Below the pieces are notes generated by a model. The model was not told the origin of the DNA and ran no database searches. It saw only the letters and a list, made by a program, of their open reading frames with translations. DNA of 64,000 bases, taken from an uncultured Pelagibacteraceae bacterium (GTDB taxonomy: Bacteria > Pseudomonadota > Alphaproteobacteria > Pelagibacterales > AG-422-B15). The stretch is taken from NCBI GenBank assembly GCA_902521655.1, contig CABYSM010000004.1:3125-67124 (forward strand), given 5' to 3'. Below, piece by piece: positions 60,180-64,000 of the stretch. Every line of letters starts with the position of its first letter. The first letter of the stretch is position 1. The position numbers were made by a program, and so were the translations under genes.

Positions 60180-60863
60180 TTACTCGGCTTCGTGTCCACT
60201 TTGAATTAAATCGTCAATATTTTCATCTTCTCCGAAGGGTTCTATCTGACTTTGATCTACTTCCTGAGGCTCTTTGATGTCGAGATTTGGAGGAAGCCTG
60301 CTCTCAAGTAATCCTGCAGCTTTAAGCTCTTCTAACCCAGGCAAATCAGATACTTGTTCAAGTTGGAAGTACTCTAAAAATCTCTCTGTGGTTCCATAAA
60401 TAATTGGTCTTCCTGGAACCTTCTTCCTACCAATCGGTCTAACCCAGTTTAACTCCATTAATACATCAAGTGTTCCAGGGCTAAAATGAACACCTCTTAT
60501 ATCTTCAACTTCAGCTCGAGTTACAGGCTGATGATAGGCTATGATTGAAAGAGTTTCAGTAGCAGCTTTAGATAACTTTCTTTGAACAATTTTTTCTTTT
60601 TTCATCATTGATGATAAATCTTGGGCAGTTTTAAAGCTCCACTTATTTCCCGTTTTAACTAAATTTACACCCCTATTTTCGTATTGCGCTTTTAATAAGC
60701 TTAAAAGTTTATTTAAGTTCGACCCTTTTGGAAGACGAGCTTTCATGCTCTCTGCGTCTAATGGTTCACTCGCAGCAAATAATAGTGCTTCAAGAACTCT
60801 TAGATTGTCCATATGCTCAGATGGAAAATTCATTATATTGTCAGTTTGTTTTTCTTTGCTCAT
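60180..60863 (-). CDS. scpB: Segregation and condensation protein B
   Basis: LEALLFAASEPL and IIAYHQPVTRAEVEDIRGV winged-helix motifs. 227 aa. Confidence 0.92.
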   Translation of the reverse strand: MSKEKQTDNIMNFPSEHMDNLRVLEALLFAASEPLDAESMKARLPKGSNLNKLLSLLKAQYENRGVNLVKTGNKWSFKTAQDLSSMMKKEKIVQRKLSKAATETLSIIAYHQPVTRAEVEDIRGVHFSPGTLDVLMELNWVRPIGRKKVPGRPIIYGTTERFLEYFQLEQVSDLPGLEELKAAGLLESRLPPNLDIKEPQEVDQSQIEPFGEDENIDDLIQSGHEAE

Positions 60864-60870
60864 AATAATT

Positions 60871-61668
60871 TTAATTTAGAAAATCATCTTGTTTCTTATT
60901 CTTTATAAACACTGGACCAAATGGTACGAGTTGTTGGACTTCAAGAACGCCTTCCCTAACCAACTCCATTGCCGCAGCTAAAGTTCCCGCTACCCCAGAT
61001 CGTGCATTTTTGCCTTGCGAAAATTCCTTCGGTAGAAATTTTTCTAATCTTGTCCACTCAGGAACCTCACCAACCATTCTTTGTAATCTTACAAGTGCAT
61101 CCTCCATTGCAAAAACTTGCGGTCTTTCTATTGTCATAGATGAATAAGCTGTTCTGTACCTCTGATCAGCATAAGATTTAAGTAAGTCATATAAATCTAA
61201 GTAGTATTCAGGCGTTCTGATTAAACGTATTCCTTCTGGCATCCCCCTATTAAAAAAATCAATTCCTAATTTAGGCAAGCTCATTAGTTTTTGTGAAACT
61301 TGTCTTATGGCTTCTAGCTTTTTTAATTGGAATTTTAATCGTTCAGCCATTTCCTCGGCGCTTAGCTCTTCGCCAGTTTCTTCTCTTGGTATTAGTAGGT
61401 TTGATTTTAAAAATGCCATCCAGGCCGCCATAACTAAATAATCAGCGGCAAGTTCTAGGTTTCTATCTCTTACTTTGGTAATAAACTCCAAATATTGCTC
61501 TGTCAGCTGTAGAATAGATATTTTCATTAAATCTACTTTTTGAGATTTTGCTAATGTGAGCAGGACATCTAAAGGGCCTTCGAAGCCGTCTAAGTTAACG
61601 ATTAAGTCATCAGGATCAGAGTCGACTACAGGACTTGTTTCACTATAAGTATTTGAAATATCTTCCAT
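60871..61668 (-). CDS. scpA: Segregation and condensation protein A
   Basis: FEGPLDVLLTLAKSQKVDLMKISILQLTEQYL kleisin N-terminus. 265 aa. Confidence 0.92.
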   Translation of the reverse strand: MEDISNTYSETSPVVDSDPDDLIVNLDGFEGPLDVLLTLAKSQKVDLMKISILQLTEQYLEFITKVRDRNLELAADYLVMAAWMAFLKSNLLIPREETGEELSAEEMAERLKFQLKKLEAIRQVSQKLMSLPKLGIDFFNRGMPEGIRLIRTPEYYLDLYDLLKSYADQRYRTAYSSMTIERPQVFAMEDALVRLQRMVGEVPEWTRLEKFLPKEFSQGKNARSGVAGTLAAAMELVREGVLEVQQLVPFGPVFIKNKKQDDFLN

Positions 61669-61729
61669 TTTTTTAACAGATTGATTCCTTATTATACAGC
61701 AGAAGAATGTTTAATTCGACGAAAATAAC

Positions 61730-62740
61730 CTATGCTTGGCTTAGCAAATATTCAAATTCACTTTCAGCTTTATCCATGTGCATTGAAACAGGTTGATCGT
61801 ATATGGCTTCTATAGCACTAGGGATAGTTATTGTCTTAAATTCTTCTTTAATTCTTTCAGCTATCATATTCATTTCATTGATGTTTCCATTACAGTGAAG
61901 AACCAGGTCACAACCTGCGTCGAGGGATTTAACCGCTGCATTAACCGGCTCGCAATCTACTGCCTTCATGGACAAATCATCAGTCATTAACAGTCCTTTA
62001 AATTTCATGTGCTGCCTAATAACCTTGTTAATTATTGTTTTTGAAAATGTAGCAATATTATCTGAATCTATTTTATTGAATTTAATGTGAGCGGTCATTG
62101 CCAATTGTGCCTCTGCATTTTCAGTAAATGGTTTAAAATCGTATTTTTCTAAAAGTATTTCATCAGCGTCAACCACTGGCATTTCAAGATGACTATCTAC
62201 TTTTGCTTTCCCGTGACCCGGAATATGTTTCATTACAGGCGCAACTCCATTTGATGTTAAAGTTTTAATTACTACTTTTCCTGCTGCGCTTACAATGTTC
62301 TCATTAGTTGAGTATGCTCTGTCGCCAATTATTCCGCTCTCTTCATTTGCAGGTAAATCTAGTACGGGAATAGTGTTGCTGTTAATGCCAAGCTCTTTCA
62401 AAGTACTGGCCATCATAATTGAATTTAATTCTAGAAGCCTTAATCCAAGGTCAAAATTTTGCTCTATCAATTTTCCAAAAAAATCATTTGTTTTAAATTT
62501 TTTTATATTATCAAGATTTAATCTAGAGACCCTTCCACCCTCTTGGTCAATTAATATAGGCAGATTAATATGATTTATTTCTTTGAGATCTGCTGTTAGT
62601 CTTTTAATGGAGTTAATATCACTGCAATTTCTTTCAAAAAGAATTACGCCCCAAGGTTTATACTGTTCGAAAAACTTTATTTCTTCGTTAGATAATTCAG
62701 TTCCTGATATTCCACATATAATGGGTAGATAGCTATTCAT
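61730..62740 (-). CDS. nagZ: Beta-N-acetylhexosaminidase (peptidoglycan recycling)
   Basis: GH3 motifs IDQEGGRVSRL, KHIPGHGKAKVDSH, and LMTDDLSM. 336 aa. Confidence 0.92.
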   Translation of the reverse strand: MNSYLPIICGISGTELSNEEIKFFEQYKPWGVILFERNCSDINSIKRLTADLKEINHINLPILIDQEGGRVSRLNLDNIKKFKTNDFFGKLIEQNFDLGLRLLELNSIMMASTLKELGINSNTIPVLDLPANEESGIIGDRAYSTNENIVSAAGKVVIKTLTSNGVAPVMKHIPGHGKAKVDSHLEMPVVDADEILLEKYDFKPFTENAEAQLAMTAHIKFNKIDSDNIATFSKTIINKVIRQHMKFKGLLMTDDLSMKAVDCEPVNAAVKSLDAGCDLVLHCNGNINEMNMIAERIKEEFKTITIPSAIEAIYDQPVSMHMDKAESEFEYLLSQA

Positions 62741-62748
62741 TATATCGC

Positions 62749-62940
62749 TTAATCGCCGAGTTCATAAATATTTAAATCTGGAATTTCTAGACCCCCAGTA
62801 TCCTCGGGTATAATTCTATAATTGTCTAAATTTCCACTAATTGAAATAATTTCATCAGTGTATTCAGTGTCATAAAATAGCCAAAAACCAATTAAAATAA
62901 AAATTGAAATGCAAACAGTCGAAATGATTGCAAGTTTCAT
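62749..62940 (-). CDS. Small membrane-anchored protein (63 aa) at the locus that holds a SPOR-domain protein in other Alphaproteobacteria
   Basis: MKLAIISTVCISIFILIGFWLF (TM), then ...IIPEDTGGLEIPDLNIYELGD. ATG at 62940 lies 1 nt after the argS stop and is preferred over the overlapping start at 62970. Confidence 0.55.
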   Translation of the reverse strand: MKLAIISTVCISIFILIGFWLFYDTEYTDEIISISGNLDNYRIIPEDTGGLEIPDLNIYELGD

Positions 62941-62941
62941 G

Positions 62942-64000
62942 CTACTGCATTTCTTCAGGTGCAGAAACACCTAATATATCAAGACCAGATTTTAAAGTGC
63001 GTTTTGTAAGCATTAAAAGTGCAATCCTTGCATAAGTTCTTTCAATGTTGTTTTCATCAATAAACCTTTTTTCTTTATCAATCTTTCCTTGATTCCACAA
63101 TGAATGAAGTGCTGAAGCTAAATCATACAAATAGTAAGATATTCTATGAGGTTCCTCTAATGTAGCCGAGGTTTCTATAATGCTGCTATAATTCATTATT
63201 TTTTTTAATAAAAATAGTTCTCCATCTTCCTTCAACTGTTCATAGTTGCAGTTATCAAAATCATTTAGATCAAGGTCAAATTTGTAGTCTTCAAGATTCC
63301 TTATAACTGAACAAATTCTTGCATGAGCATATTGAACGTAGAATACTGGATTATCTTTTGATTGCTCCGTGACTTTCTGAAAGTTGAATTCTAGCGGAGC
63401 CTCATTTTTTCTATACAACATCATAAATCTAATACTATCACTGCCTACTTCATCAACTAATTCTCTAATTGTTATAAAATCACCTGATCTTTTTGACATC
63501 TTAAGTTGCTTCCCATCACTTATTAATTTCACCATTTGACATAATTTAACTGAAAACTCTGCTTTATCATTAGTTAGGGCAACTATTGATGCATTCATGC
63601 GTTTTATATACCCACCATGATCTGCGCCCCAAATATCTATTAATTTCTGAGAACCTCGTTGGTATTTATCAAAATGGTAAGCAATATCGTTTGCAAAATA
63701 AGTCCACTCACCGTTTGATTTCTGTAAAGGTCTATCAGTCTCATCGCCGTAATTTGAAGATTTAAAGAGCATTTGTTCTCTTGGCTCCCAATCTTCAATT
63801 TGCTTTCCTTTTGGTTTATCTAAGATGCCTTCATAAATAAGGTCTAAATCTTTTAATTTTGTAATAGCCTCATCAATCTTTCCCTCAACAATTAGTTTCT
63901 TTTCAGATATGAAGTGATCTTGTTCGATAGATAAAAGTTTTAAGTCTGCTTTTATCATATCCAATAGCAAAGCTACACTTTCATCTTTAATCAATTCAAA
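62942..64000 (-). CDS. argS: Arginyl-tRNA synthetase, C-terminal part of about 350 aa (gene continues past window end)
   Basis: KMSKRSG (KMSKS loop), DALR anticodon-binding region, and C-terminal ...APEEMQ. The frame stays open to position 64000, so the start at 63994 in the ORF track is internal. Confidence 0.92.
   Translation of the reverse strand, partial: FELIKDESVALLLDMIKADLKLLSIEQDHFISEKKLIVEGKIDEAITKLKDLDLIYEGILDKPKGKQIEDWEPREQMLFKSSNYGDETDRPLQKSNGEWTYFANDIAYHFDKYQRGSQKLIDIWGADHGGYIKRMNASIVALTNDKAEFSVKLCQMVKLISDGKQLKMSKRSGDFITIRELVDEVGSDSIRFMMLYRKNEAPLEFNFQKVTEQSKDNPVFYVQYAHARICSVIRNLEDYKFDLDLNDFDNCNYEQLKEDGELFLLKKIMNYSSIIETSATLEEPHRISYYLYDLASALHSLWNQGKIDKEKRFIDENNIERTYARIALLMLTKRTLKSGLDILGVSAPEEMQ

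Noticed and set aside
63992-63994. The start codon assigned to argS at 63994 in the ORF track.
   Set aside because: It is a TTG inside an open frame that continues to the window edge. ArgS proteins are about 580 aa and the catalytic N-terminal half is missing here, so the gene is truncated by the window.
1-64000. A window-wide look for CRISPR repeats, IS elements or transposases, integrases, phage genes, restriction-modification systems, toxin-antitoxin pairs or other defence systems, rRNA genes and long direct repeats.
   Set aside because: I recognised none by eye. Every ORF of 100 aa or more is accounted for by a housekeeping or metabolic family or a small membrane protein. A computational repeat search and HMM scan would be needed to exclude short or degenerate elements.

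Overview
This window is 64 kb of visibly AT-rich, tightly packed chromosome. Gene content and order are alphaproteobacterial and look like a streamlined marine lineage (SAR11/Pelagibacterales-like); that assignment is inference only. I support about 70 CDS, 3 tRNAs and a few regulatory sites and hairpins.

Nearly everything is core housekeeping:
- nuoA-L complete, plus the 5' end of nuoM
- tig-clpP-clpX-lon-hupB-tRNA(Val)-tRNA(Asp)
- glnB-glnII-glnA
- parE, tgt-queA, coaD, gyrA, ssb/uvrA and sodB
- yajC-secD-secF, surE, serS and tatABC
- a Fe(3+) ABC transporter
- scpAB, nagZ and the 3' part of argS

I found no CRISPR array, IS element, transposase, integrase, prophage or recognisable defence or toxin-antitoxin genes, and no convincing evidence for a wholly new multi-gene system.

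The items most worth a second look are:
1. A lineage-specific insertion of roughly 130-160 aa in NuoG.
2. A 4.1-kb six-gene variable islet between nuoA and the 3' end of tRNA-Asp. It holds a translationally coupled SMP-30/GST/quinone-reductase trio and a signal-less PBP-fold protein coupled to a 2-TM protein.
3. A glnB-glnII-glnA array whose PII has a divergent, one-residue-shorter T-loop.
4. An iron-uptake module with Fur-like boxes, an embedded Prx5-type peroxiredoxin and an orphan DUF1111 di-heme protein, sitting inside an otherwise conserved scpB/tatA synteny block.
5. Six of seven convergent gene junctions with -4 to +3 nt of spacing.

All homology calls come from motifs recognised by eye and from memory. 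All coordinates outside the ORF track were hand-counted. Nothing was searched or computed.
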